From IMG/VR virus record IMGVR_UViG_3300019757_000093, positions 10,328 to 74,327 of that record: DNA of 64,000 nt. One strand, given 5' to 3'. The position numbers and the translations under genes were made by a program. This document shows positions 29,305-39,566 of the stretch, one piece after another. Under the pieces are notes generated by a model, which saw only the letters and a list, made by a program, of their open reading frames with translations, searched no databases and had not been told where the DNA came from. This DNA comes from a virus. The number at the start of each line of letters is the position of its first letter. Position 1 is the first letter of the stretch.

Positions 29305-30009
29305 ATGGGTAAAATACATAATATTATGCATTTAGATAACTCGGTTTTATCTCCAGAAGATAATACTCACGTAAAGAAAATTGAATGTACTTCAGAAAAA
29401 ACAAGAAGTATAATCGGTTTACCTACGGTATCTGATTTAAACGGAAACGTATTAGCAAAGGAAGAAAACTTAGTTGTATTAAGTGGTAGAGAATTCTTAG
29501 CTCAAAAGCTAGCGGATTTAGCCTTAGATGGGAATGATTTAACAAGTTATCAAATTAGATATTTTGGTATAGGAACTGGTGGTACAGAGGGAACTCCTCC
29601 AAGTACAGTAGGTCCATTCGATACCGATATTGATTTAACTAATAAAGTAAAAATTAGTGTTGGTGGAATTTCTGATCCAGCTAATGACTATAAATATATT
29701 GATGCAGGATATCTTAAAAGAATTAATTCTGATGGTAGTATAGTAATCAATCAAGAAGAACATACTATTAATACAAATTCTGGGCAGGAGGTTGTAAATA
29801 AATTTACTGCTATTACGTTTAATATATTAATTCAAGAAGAAGAACCAGCTGAAAAACCAGTAAAATTTAATGAAGCTTCATTATATGCGGTTAAGTATGT
29901 AGATGGTATTCCAACGGATGATAAAATATTATTTGCAAGATTTACTACATTAGATAAGTACTTAGATCTTAAAGATGGTATTTCTATTGAATGGAATATT
30001 TTAGTATAG
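29305..30009 (+). CDS. Putative baseplate / fibre-attachment protein
   Basis: NLVVLSGRE, YFGIGTGG, NEASLY, LFARFT, IEWNI pattern. Confidence 0.55.
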   Translation: MGKIHNIMHLDNSVLSPEDNTHVKKIECTSEKTRSIIGLPTVSDLNGNVLAKEENLVVLSGREFLAQKLADLALDGNDLTSYQIRYFGIGTGGTEGTPPSTVGPFDTDIDLTNKVKISVGGISDPANDYKYIDAGYLKRINSDGSIVINQEEHTINTNSGQEVVNKFTAITFNILIQEEEPAEKPVKFNEASLYAVKYVDGIPTDDKILFARFTTLDKYLDLKDGISIEWNILV

Positions 30010-30054
30010 GTTTTCCTATCTAATAAATAAAATAAAAAATAAAGGAGGCCTTAT

Positions 30055-32082
30055 ATGGCTACTTATAATATACCAGGTATCACTACAAGTGTTCTGGATA
30101 TCACACACACTACTGCTAGTACAAGTTCTGGTAGATCAGTTCTTATTTCAGGTTTAAGTAAATATGGCGAAGAAGATCTGATGGAATTCTCAGATGCTAC
30201 TATTGTTGATAGTACATTAGGAACAGCTAACTATAAAAAATATGGTTTAGGTATGAAGTATTTAAAAGGGGCTTTAACTAGAACTAATAAAGTTTATTTT
30301 AAAAGATTACTTCCAGATGATGCTACATTTAGTAATGTAAGTATCTCAGAAAATAATGAAATTATTACTCAAGAGAATTTAATCGATACTGGTGCTTTAG
30401 GTGCTACTAACAACGTATTTAATCTTACTGCAAAAGCAAGAGGTAATGGTTACGATAGTCTTTTTGTACAATTTTCTCCAGCGCCAGATTTAGAAAAATT
30501 ATATGCTGATGAAGAGGGAGATTTAAATTATAGATTTAACTTTTTAAGAGCAGATATATTTGAAAATAACAATATTGGATTAAAATCTGTTTCAAGAAGT
30601 ATTTTATTTTCTTTAATTGATGATGATCCTCAAACTGGAGCTCCAATTTTAGATATGAATACATCAAAAGAATTATTTGTAAATCAAAAATTTGCTAATA
30701 ATAATACTTTCTTAGATGCCACTATTCCAGAAGATGTTGTTTCAACACTATATGATCAATTAAGTATAGATGAGATTTGTGCTAAAAATTCTCAAGAAAG
30801 ATTAGTACTTACAGATACAAGTACTGGAACTAACTATGAAATTATTATTAATAAAGAAGAAGGTTTTGAATTAAAAGCTGTTCAAGTTCAAGGTAAGAAT
30901 GAAGAATTTTTAGGTATGGTTACTACTGCTAGTAATGGTGAAGTAATTACTAAAAAATATAAAATCTTTATAGAAGATAAAGCTCTTAAAACAGAAGTTT
31001 ACTATGGAGATAATTCTTCATTCAGTACTCTTAAAATAAATGGAGTAAATGGTTTTTACGATTTATTAATTGATGATTCTGAAGCTTTAGTAAAACAAGT
31101 AATTTCTTTTCCTAGATATGAATTATATAATAAATTAATTGGAAATAAATTTCAATTATCTAGTGGTTCTGATGGAGAAAATTTAATTCTTAATAATAGA
31201 ATTAACTTATATGGTCCAGGTGATACTACTAAGCAAAATGCTAAACAATTATTAATAGATTACTATAATTATACCCCAGACATTAGAGAAGTTATGTATC
31301 CAAAATATGATTTTGATTACCTTCCAGATTGGACTGAAGATGTAGATGTAATGACTGCTATTAGTAATCTTGGGGATGAATTAGGTTTCTCAATGCCGAT
31401 TGTATCTTTAGGAACAAGTCTTTCTAGAGAAGAAGATTATGCTAAGAGAAGAGAAGATTATATTATTAACTCATATAATACTGCTATCTATAGTGGACAA
31501 GATAACCTTGAACATTACGATGAAACTACTGGTGGAACTATAAAAATTCCTCATAGTTATTTAGCAATGTTAATTCATTTAGATGTCGATGATAATTATT
31601 CAATTACTGAACCAGCGGCTAATAAGAATAAAGCAACTATTCCAGATAGTAAAATTAAATTATCTTACCAAGCCACAAGTAAAGATATTGAAGTTCTAAG
31701 AGAAGTTCAAATTAATACAATCATTGATGAAGTTGATGGTATGTATGAAATTGATCAATTAACTGCTTATAAAAAAGCAAGTAAATTATCTAGAATCAAT
31801 ATAGTTAAACCTATTCATAGAATGAGAAAAGATTTACCAAGATTACTTAAAGACTTTATTCAAGTAAAAGCTTTAAATAACCAAATCTCAAAAGTTCAAG
31901 AAATAGTTAATAAATACATGGATAAATATTTAGTATCTGATGATAATATTAGAGATGGTATCTTTAGTACTATTAAAGTTCAAGTGTACTTTATTGAAGA
32001 AGAAAATAAATTAATTGTAAGTATTACAGTTAACCCAATCGGTACTATTGAAACAATTAGTATACCAATTACAGTAATTTAA
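30055..32082 (+). CDS. Contractile tail sheath protein
   Basis: N-terminal PGITTSVLD; C-terminal LSRINI and ITVNPIGTIETISI; 675 aa. Confidence 0.85.
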   Translation: MATYNIPGITTSVLDITHTTASTSSGRSVLISGLSKYGEEDLMEFSDATIVDSTLGTANYKKYGLGMKYLKGALTRTNKVYFKRLLPDDATFSNVSISENNEIITQENLIDTGALGATNNVFNLTAKARGNGYDSLFVQFSPAPDLEKLYADEEGDLNYRFNFLRADIFENNNIGLKSVSRSILFSLIDDDPQTGAPILDMNTSKELFVNQKFANNNTFLDATIPEDVVSTLYDQLSIDEICAKNSQERLVLTDTSTGTNYEIIINKEEGFELKAVQVQGKNEEFLGMVTTASNGEVITKKYKIFIEDKALKTEVYYGDNSSFSTLKINGVNGFYDLLIDDSEALVKQVISFPRYELYNKLIGNKFQLSSGSDGENLILNNRINLYGPGDTTKQNAKQLLIDYYNYTPDIREVMYPKYDFDYLPDWTEDVDVMTAISNLGDELGFSMPIVSLGTSLSREEDYAKRREDYIINSYNTAIYSGQDNLEHYDETTGGTIKIPHSYLAMLIHLDVDDNYSITEPAANKNKATIPDSKIKLSYQATSKDIEVLREVQINTIIDEVDGMYEIDQLTAYKKASKLSRINIVKPIHRMRKDLPRLLKDFIQVKALNNQISKVQEIVNKYMDKYLVSDDNIRDGIFSTIKVQVYFIEEENKLIVSITVNPIGTIETISIPITVI

Positions 32083-32092
32083 GGAGAAGTAA

Positions 32093-32860
32093 ATGGCATT
32101 TAACGCAATCTCATTTAACAATGCAGTTACAAGTAGTTACACAAATAGATATACTGGAGGATCGGACTTAGTTGATAAGGCCAATCCTTTTATTAAAGGT
32201 TATTTTTATGTACTATTTGAGTTACCAGAAATATTTGATGCAGATTCAGATACTACTGGTTCAGATAAAGCAACTTTACAGAAGTTACTTTTAAGTTCAG
32301 CAGAAAGTTTTACCCCACCAGGTGATAGACAATTAAAGACTGAAGATATTCAAGGTATGGGTGGATTAGATAGTTCGTTCGTAACAGGTCAAACTATCGA
32401 TAGAAATTATAGTATTCAATATAAAGATTTCTGGGGAGCTCCAATATTTAGAATCCATAGAAAGTGGACTAATATTATTAATCCATATGCTGGTGGTATG
32501 GTTAAATCAGGAAGTAATAGTTTTCAATCTAAATCTTATAAAGGTAAATGTTGGGTGATCCAAACTAAGCCAGTTGTAGGACAATCTGATACTGTTTATG
32601 AAAAATCAGATATTATTAAAGTAGATTATTTTGATGGTGTATTTCCAAGAAATGATTTAAAAAGTATTTATGATAGTAATATTACAGATAATAGTATTGT
32701 AAGACCAAACATGCAATATTCTTTTGATGGTTTCCCATTAGATGAAACAAACGAACAAGTTCTTACCGCCGCAGTTGCTAAACTAAATGCAGCTATTAAT
32801 AGCGCAAGTTCAAGTTCAAATAGTTATAAAGTTTTCGGTAAATTAGCTGATGACGCATAG
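32093..32860 (+). CDS. Tail tube protein
   Basis: Directly follows the sheath; AESFTPPG, HRKW and FDGVFP pattern. Confidence 0.7.
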   Translation: MAFNAISFNNAVTSSYTNRYTGGSDLVDKANPFIKGYFYVLFELPEIFDADSDTTGSDKATLQKLLLSSAESFTPPGDRQLKTEDIQGMGGLDSSFVTGQTIDRNYSIQYKDFWGAPIFRIHRKWTNIINPYAGGMVKSGSNSFQSKSYKGKCWVIQTKPVVGQSDTVYEKSDIIKVDYFDGVFPRNDLKSIYDSNITDNSIVRPNMQYSFDGFPLDETNEQVLTAAVAKLNAAINSASSSSNSYKVFGKLADDA

Positions 32861-32864
32861 AAAT

Positions 32865-32925
32865 TCTTAGCCTTCTGGCTAAGATTTCCTGTCGTAGTTA
32901 AAACTACAGATGGAACAAAGATATA
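32865..32925 (+). promoter_or_regulatory. Hairpin+TTCCTGTC element and AACAAA-GATA-TA promoter motif
   Basis: TCTTAGCC-ttct-GGCTAAGA, TTCCTGTC at 32886, AACA at 32914. Confidence 0.75.
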
Positions 32926-32954
32926 TCAAAATAATTAAAAACGAAGGAGCTATT

Positions 32955-33977
32955 ATGGCTATAAAAGACGTTAAGAAGATATTACACATTGAGTATGATT
33001 TAAATTCGGAAGAATTTAAATCTCAGAAATTAAACCAGGTGACTAAAAAATATCAAAGAATGCATCCAAGTAAATTAGTAAAGGTTACTACTTATTGTGT
33101 TCAGAATAAACAATTATTAACTAGTTGTACTCAAGAGAATAAATCTTTAATTGGTGCTGGAAGTAATATATTAGAAGATATTTCTTTAAGTAATTTTTCA
33201 TTAGTAACGTTAGATAACGAAATGCTAAATACTTTTGAATTAACAATTACGGCTAGTAGTACGATACCCTCTTATGAAGAGGCTGTAAATATTGCCCAAG
33301 CTAAGGCGGATGCTTTATTTCGAAAAGATGATACAAAAATTCCTTTAGTAACAATTATTGATTATCGATTTGGACAACCAGAAAATACAGTATCTAGTAG
33401 TATTTTTGGAACAGTGGATGAAAGTGGAAATGTCGTTACGGAAATTAATGGTTCTGCGGATATTACTATTACTGGTGGAAACTTAGCTGCTGGTATTCTA
33501 GAGCTAGCTAAACATAATCTTAACCAAGGTACTCCACCAGTAGAAGAGTTACCATTTTATTTATATCCAACTAACAATTTAGAGATGACTCATAATCATG
33601 GAGAAAATTTTACATACGAAAGTACTATTAATATGGATACTATGGATAAACAAATGGCTTTATTTTCAAATACTTATATGAACGTAAGTGTACTATGGGG
33701 TACCCAAATTCGATTCTATTACGAAGATAATACTGGTCATAATATAATAGGTTTATTTAATTTTAGTACTGGTACTGATTATGATATTAAAGTTGTTTAT
33801 AACGTAGATAATAATTTAGCTCAATTATATATTGATGGTAATTTAATTGCGGAGAAAACTACTTTTGATGGTATGAAAGACAAATTCCGTAATACTTTTA
33901 CAATTGGACGACAAAATTCTACTAATCATATTCCATTCAAAGGTGAAATTAAAGATAATAAATTTACAGCCTTATAG
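32955..33977 (+). CDS. Modular virion protein, paralog 3 (constant N-domain + ConA/LamG-like C-domain)
   Basis: Likely start is ATG 32955 after AAGGAG; QLYIDGNL, FTIGRQ and PFKGEIKD are LamG-like. Confidence 0.75.
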   Translation: MAIKDVKKILHIEYDLNSEEFKSQKLNQVTKKYQRMHPSKLVKVTTYCVQNKQLLTSCTQENKSLIGAGSNILEDISLSNFSLVTLDNEMLNTFELTITASSTIPSYEEAVNIAQAKADALFRKDDTKIPLVTIIDYRFGQPENTVSSSIFGTVDESGNVVTEINGSADITITGGNLAAGILELAKHNLNQGTPPVEELPFYLYPTNNLEMTHNHGENFTYESTINMDTMDKQMALFSNTYMNVSVLWGTQIRFYYEDNTGHNIIGLFNFSTGTDYDIKVVYNVDNNLAQLYIDGNLIAEKTTFDGMKDKFRNTFTIGRQNSTNHIPFKGEIKDNKFTAL

Positions 33978-33981
33978 AAAT

Positions 33982-34048
33982 ATCCCCTTCGGGGGATTTC
34001 CTGTCGTAGTTTTAACTAAGTAATCTGGGACTTTAGAACTAAACCATA
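33982..34048 (+). promoter_or_regulatory. Hairpin(UUCG)+TTCCTGTC element and AACTAA-ACCA-TA promoter motif
   Basis: TTCCTGTC at 33998, AACT at 34037. Confidence 0.75.
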
Positions 34049-34070
34049 TAAAATAATAAAAGGAGTAAAT

Positions 34071-35420
34071 ATGGTAAATGAGTTAGATAGAGTTTACACT
34101 GGAGTTATTCTACCATATACAGATAAAGTAAATCCTTCAAAATACGCAGTACATATTCCAGAGCTTCATAATTCTGGAACTGGTTCTATGACTAGTCAAT
34201 ATACTTGGGCTTCTAATGAGTATAGTAATAATATGCAAAAGATTAAAAAAACGGATGGTCAATATAAAGAGTTTGGAAGTTATTTTCCTCTTGAATCAGA
34301 ATTGGGAGTACTTGTAAAATTCCATAATGCCGATAAAAGTAGAAGTGCCTATATTATTGGGGTTATTCCAGAACATAAAGATAGCCCAAAGAATGCTAAT
34401 AGAGATAGTTATTATTTATTAGCTGGAACTAAGGGTGGTTCTAAAATATATATTGATGATGATAAAGATAGAATACATCTTTCTCAAAATGGTGGTAAAA
34501 CAGATTTAATGATGGATCAATATGGTATTACTATGCAAACAAGTAATACTGAGACTGATACAAATATAGTTACTAGTAAATTAGAATTATCTGAAAATGG
34601 ATTTAATGTAAGATTTGGCGAGAATCAAATGGTATTTAACGAAACTGGATTTGCTATTACTTATGGAGAAAACAGAACCTTTTTTAAAATGACTAAAAAA
34701 GGAATAGAAATTTGTGCCGAAGATTTCTTAAATGTAAGTGCCTTTGGACCTTGTAGTCTTTATGGAGAAACTATGAATGTTCAAGGAGAAGGAGCTTTAA
34801 ATCTCAGAGGGACTAATACTAAATTAACTGGTTTACAAAAACTAGCCATGAATAGTAATATTATACATTTAGAAGGAGTTATGGATACTCATATTAAAGC
34901 TGGGATGAATCTTACTTTAGATAGTAAACTATTTTTAAATTCCCAATGTATTATATCTGATCAACAGGTTCTAGGGATGAGTAATTTCTTTAGTCCAATG
35001 GATAATAAAGTTACATCTTTAGCAGTTGAAAGTAGTTCTTTTAAAGCGGAAGCAATTCCGACAATTGCTTCCGACGGAATGAATCTTAAAGGAATGGGGA
35101 TAGCCACTAGTACCGCTGGTAGTGTTTCATCCGCTACTACTGCTACTATGCTAGGATTGAAAGCTACTATGATGGCTACTACTACTATTTTTAATTTAGA
35201 TAATATTGGTACTGCAATAGCAAGTGCTGTTATGACTGATAATACTATTGCTGATTCAGCGGAACCTTCTAATAGTATATCAGATAATTTATTTGGATCG
35301 TTACCTGCTAATGATGATGGTACTAATTATATTACTAAATTAAATGATACAGATAAAAAATTAAGAAAATTAAGAGGAATTAAGGTAGAGCCTAATTCTA
35401 TATTAAAAAATTATAATTAG
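34071..35420 (+). CDS. Baseplate central spike (gp5/VgrG/gpV-like)
   Basis: OB-fold pattern YTGVI...VHIPEL...WA...GSYFPL...VLVKF followed by beta-repeats; no lysozyme motif seen. Confidence 0.65.
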   Translation: MVNELDRVYTGVILPYTDKVNPSKYAVHIPELHNSGTGSMTSQYTWASNEYSNNMQKIKKTDGQYKEFGSYFPLESELGVLVKFHNADKSRSAYIIGVIPEHKDSPKNANRDSYYLLAGTKGGSKIYIDDDKDRIHLSQNGGKTDLMMDQYGITMQTSNTETDTNIVTSKLELSENGFNVRFGENQMVFNETGFAITYGENRTFFKMTKKGIEICAEDFLNVSAFGPCSLYGETMNVQGEGALNLRGTNTKLTGLQKLAMNSNIIHLEGVMDTHIKAGMNLTLDSKLFLNSQCIISDQQVLGMSNFFSPMDNKVTSLAVESSSFKAEAIPTIASDGMNLKGMGIATSTAGSVSSATTATMLGLKATMMATTTIFNLDNIGTAIASAVMTDNTIADSAEPSNSISDNLFGSLPANDDGTNYITKLNDTDKKLRKLRGIKVEPNSILKNYN

Positions 35421-35464
35421 CTAAGAACTAGCTCACTATAGCCAGCTATCTATTAATAGCTATT
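35418..35464. repeat. Degenerate AGCT-rich repeat copy
   Basis: TAGCTAAGAACTAGCTCACTATAGCCAGCTATCTATTAATAGCTATT shares CTAGCTCACTATA with the 26-bp form. Confidence 0.7.
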
Positions 35465-35484
35465 ATAAAATAAAAAGGAAAAAG

Positions 35485-38400
35485 ATGGAATTAATAAATA
35501 ATTATTCGAATACAGAAGGAGATTATTCATACGATATAACAGGGTATGTAAAAACTTCTTATATTAATATTACTGCTCAAGAAGTAGATGGTTATATTAA
35601 TAATTCTGATTATTTAAATATAAATACAGATGTATCCGCAACGGTTACATCAGAGGCTGGAGATCATGGTTTTACTTATAAATGTCATATTGATATATCA
35701 GGTATGTTTGAGATTGATTTCAATTTACCTAACTTCTTAAGTGTACCAGGAGTTAATTTAACTTTATTTAAAAAGATGGATGAATTCAGTAAACAATTAA
35801 GAGATTTAAATGATAATTTAATTAACTTTATTCAAAGTACTGGTTGTTGTGATATGTCATATCAATATAATAAAACCATGGTTCCTATATTTAGATACTT
35901 AGCAGATCATCCAGATGTATCTGGATGTAATATTGAAGATCCTAAAGTTGGACCAGGGGATGATTGTAAGAGAGGTGGAGGAAGTAATTTTATGTCTGAG
36001 ATACTTAAAGTAATTACTCAGATTACTAAAGTATATACCGCTATCGAACCTATCTTTTGTATAATTAAACCTATACCAGGAAATCCTTGGTTGCCATTCG
36101 ATTTTAACTGGATAAGACCAATTCTTCCATATATTGAAAAGTACAGTAAGTTTGCAGAGAAGATTATGTCTGGGGAATTAATAGATGTAATTATTGATCC
36201 AGTTAAAGATATCAATAGAACATTATTTAACTGTAAGCAAAGTAAATCAGTTCAGACTTTAGAAAAAGGTATTACCGCGAGTACTATAAATAATGCCATT
36301 TCAGAAATTAAAAACGAACAAGATTTTTTAGAAGCTAGAAAAGAATTTGAAAAGAAAGTTAATGATAATAGGGCAGATGCTTTACAATCATTAAGTAAAT
36401 ATTCTGATCTTCCTAAAGTATATGCTTTCTTAGGAGATATGATAGATCAAAATGAAAAGGATAAAGAACAAGAGAAAGCTTTAATTGCTAGAGTTCAAAC
36501 TGATTTAGATTTAATTCAAGATACCTTTAGTCTAAGTAAAAAAGAACAAGAAAAAATAGAAGCTTATTCTACAGCAGAAAAGAATCAACCATTACAATGT
36601 CTTCAAGAATTATTTAAATTTCGGCCAGAACTTCCTAAGTTACCTTGGACAGAAATATCATTATTACCTACTGGAGATACTAGACTTAGAAATGATCTAA
36701 CTAAAGTAATTGGTGAGACTGCTTTCGCTATTAAATATAAAGATATTTATGGGGATAATAAAGAGTTTACTAATGCCCCTCAAATTATGGATAAGAATAT
36801 TACTTTTGATGAGGATGCTGTTTATAACGCTGATTTTGTAAGTAAGTTCCGAGAGTACATGAAGAAAGATGGACAAAATGTTAGTTATAAAAAAATACTT
36901 CCTAATGATTTTAATTTTTATTTAGATGACGCCACCTTAAAAACTTCTTCCTTTGATACATCCGCTTTAGATAATGCTTCTGATTTCTTTACTAATAAGA
37001 GTACCCTAGAAGGAGTTATGGATAGAGATATATCAGCTTTTGATAGTACTATGTTTAGTACTGTGACAGGGGATACTGATACGGTACTAGATAATAATAA
37101 TAAAATAGCTAATTTTATTCAAAGATTACAGGAGAAAGAATCTAGTGTAGTTAAAGAATTAAATAAAGCTATAACAGAAGATAAACTTAATTGGGAAAAA
37201 GCTAAAGCTAAATCTCAAATAGTTCTAGATAAAATTATAAAAGATTATAAAAAAAGAATTAATAAACCTATAGAAGATGCTTTTAGTTATTTAAGTACCC
37301 AATTAATAGATATTTCAGTAGAAGAAGCTCAAGAAGCTCATTGGAATTGTTTTGGAAAATATTTAGAAATAGATATTATTAATGATCCATTTGATAAGAC
37401 TAGTACTGATGGGTATGAATTTCTAGAAAGTGTAGATGGGGAGGTTGCTCAACAACAATCTATTATTAATGGTTATATTAGACAAAGAAAAATTCTTTTA
37501 GGTGGTTTTGCTCAAAAATATTTTAATAAACAATTTGAATTTTTAAAAGAAGAATTTGATACATGTACTAATGCTGCTAATACTATAAAGAATGGAGTAA
37601 TACAATTATTAAGTCAAAAGATTTCTCAGATAGAAACGGGTGGAGTAATTAAAGTAGTGACTGATAGTGAATATGACGCTGCGGATAATACTGATTTATT
37701 ATATAGAATTTCAGATATTAGATTTGATATATTAGATAGTTTTGAGGGTACTCCTTACGAAAGTACAGTAACCGATATTAAAGAGGCTCAAGAAATAATA
37801 GTAGATAATATTGTATTTAATAAATATATAAAAAGAATAGAGAAATACGTTTCTGTAATTGGTCCAGGTTTATATTTTCCAATAGCAGATGAGAACGATA
37901 ATATTTTAAACGTTTATGATCTTGGAACTGTAATTAGTACTATGTATGATAAATTACTCAGTATTATAACCTTTCCAGATGCTAGTGATAGTGATAGTAA
38001 TGATACTAATATAGAAGGACTATTACTTAGAACTTTTAAATATGAGGCAATTAAAAAGACTTTATTTACTACCATAGATGATAATGTCGCATATACTTTT
38101 TATGTAACCTTTACTCCAGAAATAACTATTGGTTGTAATATTATTTGCGAACTTATTCAATTTATAGTTAACTATTTGCTAGCAGCCATAAAGAAGATAT
38201 TAAAAACTTTAATCTTTTGGTTAATAGATTATTTAATACCAGATTGGTTAAAGAATATTATTAGATTAATTCTATATAAATTAAAATGTTTTTTAATGAT
38301 TGCTTATATGCCAGAAAGATTATCTAAAATAGATGATACATATGATTCTTTTATGGAAAGTATTAAGAATAGAATTGCTTTATATCCATATGATGCATGC

Positions 38401-39558
38401 GCTAAAAAAGCTATTGATAATGCATTAGCTAATGAAGCGGCTGAATTACCAGATACAGAAGAGAACGAGGATACTATTATTGATGTTGCTAGTACTCATG
38501 TTCTAGTGGCAGAATTCGTGGACGAAAAGTTGAATACTGTTAGAAGTATTTCTAAATATAATTATCAAAATATTAAAATTAGATTTAAAAAAGATCAATT
38601 AGCTACTTTAAATAATGTAGTACTTAAAGATTTAGATGATGATTTATCCGGAGCTTCCGCTATTAACTTAACCGAAATGGTTCAGAATTTTGATCCAACA
38701 GATGAAGTAGATTATGATAAGCATTTTTACATTATTTCTTTAAATAATGGAGACTTACTTATAAATAATTTAGATTTGACTTTATTAAGAACAGAGTCAT
38801 GTATAATCCAAGCAGAAAGTTTTAAGAGTACTGCTACTCAACAGAATTTAAATGCTAGTCATGTTATTACAAATAGGTTTACTTCTATTGGAAATAAAAG
38901 TGATAGTATTATTCAGCTCCAGGATGAGAAGACTTCTTCCTATACCCAATTATTACAAAGAAATAAAAGATTTTTAAAAGTTTCATTTCAAGAAAAGTTA
39001 GAAAGTACTATTCTAAATATAAAATTAGTGGATAAGACTATACCAGTCCAGGCCCAATTACCAACCACAACAACAGAAGAAGTAATAGGCAAACAACCAT
39101 TACCAACAGTAATTATAGATTTATCTCATTACAAGATTTTGTATGATAGTAGTACTAATTTAAAATATTTTATTTATGATTGCACAAATTTCTTTCCAAA
39201 GAATACGGAAATACAAGCGGAGTTAAGAACGATATTTAATGGAAGTACTACTATAACGACCGATGCTATATTTTGTCAGGAAGATCCTGGAATTAATAAT
39301 AATATCAATTCAGATATAGGAGATATAGCAAAAACTATTAATGACCAATTAATTACTAGTGTACCAGTTACTAATCCTGGTATAAATCCAAATCCTCAAA
39401 CAGCCGAGGAGTTAGCAGCAAAGGGTACTTCCCAAGCAAGAAAATCAGTTCCTATTTTATTTGATTGTGAAAATAGTAATGGTTTAATTACTTCTGTGGT
39501 AGCAGCAAATTATGAATCATGGATAGCCCTTGGTTTAATACCAGATCCAAATAACTAG
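35485..39558 (+). CDS. Large putative virion structural protein (1357 aa)
   Basis: Long ORF in the baseplate module; Cys clusters and an amphipathic segment. Confidence 0.7.
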   Translation: MELINNYSNTEGDYSYDITGYVKTSYINITAQEVDGYINNSDYLNINTDVSATVTSEAGDHGFTYKCHIDISGMFEIDFNLPNFLSVPGVNLTLFKKMDEFSKQLRDLNDNLINFIQSTGCCDMSYQYNKTMVPIFRYLADHPDVSGCNIEDPKVGPGDDCKRGGGSNFMSEILKVITQITKVYTAIEPIFCIIKPIPGNPWLPFDFNWIRPILPYIEKYSKFAEKIMSGELIDVIIDPVKDINRTLFNCKQSKSVQTLEKGITASTINNAISEIKNEQDFLEARKEFEKKVNDNRADALQSLSKYSDLPKVYAFLGDMIDQNEKDKEQEKALIARVQTDLDLIQDTFSLSKKEQEKIEAYSTAEKNQPLQCLQELFKFRPELPKLPWTEISLLPTGDTRLRNDLTKVIGETAFAIKYKDIYGDNKEFTNAPQIMDKNITFDEDAVYNADFVSKFREYMKKDGQNVSYKKILPNDFNFYLDDATLKTSSFDTSALDNASDFFTNKSTLEGVMDRDISAFDSTMFSTVTGDTDTVLDNNNKIANFIQRLQEKESSVVKELNKAITEDKLNWEKAKAKSQIVLDKIIKDYKKRINKPIEDAFSYLSTQLIDISVEEAQEAHWNCFGKYLEIDIINDPFDKTSTDGYEFLESVDGEVAQQQSIINGYIRQRKILLGGFAQKYFNKQFEFLKEEFDTCTNAANTIKNGVIQLLSQKISQIETGGVIKVVTDSEYDAADNTDLLYRISDIRFDILDSFEGTPYESTVTDIKEAQEIIVDNIVFNKYIKRIEKYVSVIGPGLYFPIADENDNILNVYDLGTVISTMYDKLLSIITFPDASDSDSNDTNIEGLLLRTFKYEAIKKTLFTTIDDNVAYTFYVTFTPEITIGCNIICELIQFIVNYLLAAIKKILKTLIFWLIDYLIPDWLKNIIRLILYKLKCFLMIAYMPERLSKIDDTYDSFMESIKNRIALYPYDACAKKAIDNALANEAAELPDTEENEDTIIDVASTHVLVAEFVDEKLNTVRSISKYNYQNIKIRFKKDQLATLNNVVLKDLDDDLSGASAINLTEMVQNFDPTDEVDYDKHFYIISLNNGDLLINNLDLTLLRTESCIIQAESFKSTATQQNLNASHVITNRFTSIGNKSDSIIQLQDEKTSSYTQLLQRNKRFLKVSFQEKLESTILNIKLVDKTIPVQAQLPTTTTEEVIGKQPLPTVIIDLSHYKILYDSSTNLKYFIYDCTNFFPKNTEIQAELRTIFNGSTTITTDAIFCQEDPGINNNINSDIGDIAKTINDQLITSVPVTNPGINPNPQTAEELAAKGTSQARKSVPILFDCENSNGLITSVVAANYESWIALGLIPDPNN

Positions 39559-39566
39559 GAGGTAAT

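Noticed and set aside
32910-32954. Upstream ATG start given for paralog 3
   Set aside because: It lies within the promoter cassette; ATG 32955 has the SD and aligns with 22874
22874-33977. Diversity-generating retroelement or shufflon behind the variable-tip family
   Set aside because: No reverse transcriptase, TR/VR pair with adenine-specific mismatches, invertase or inverted cassettes seen
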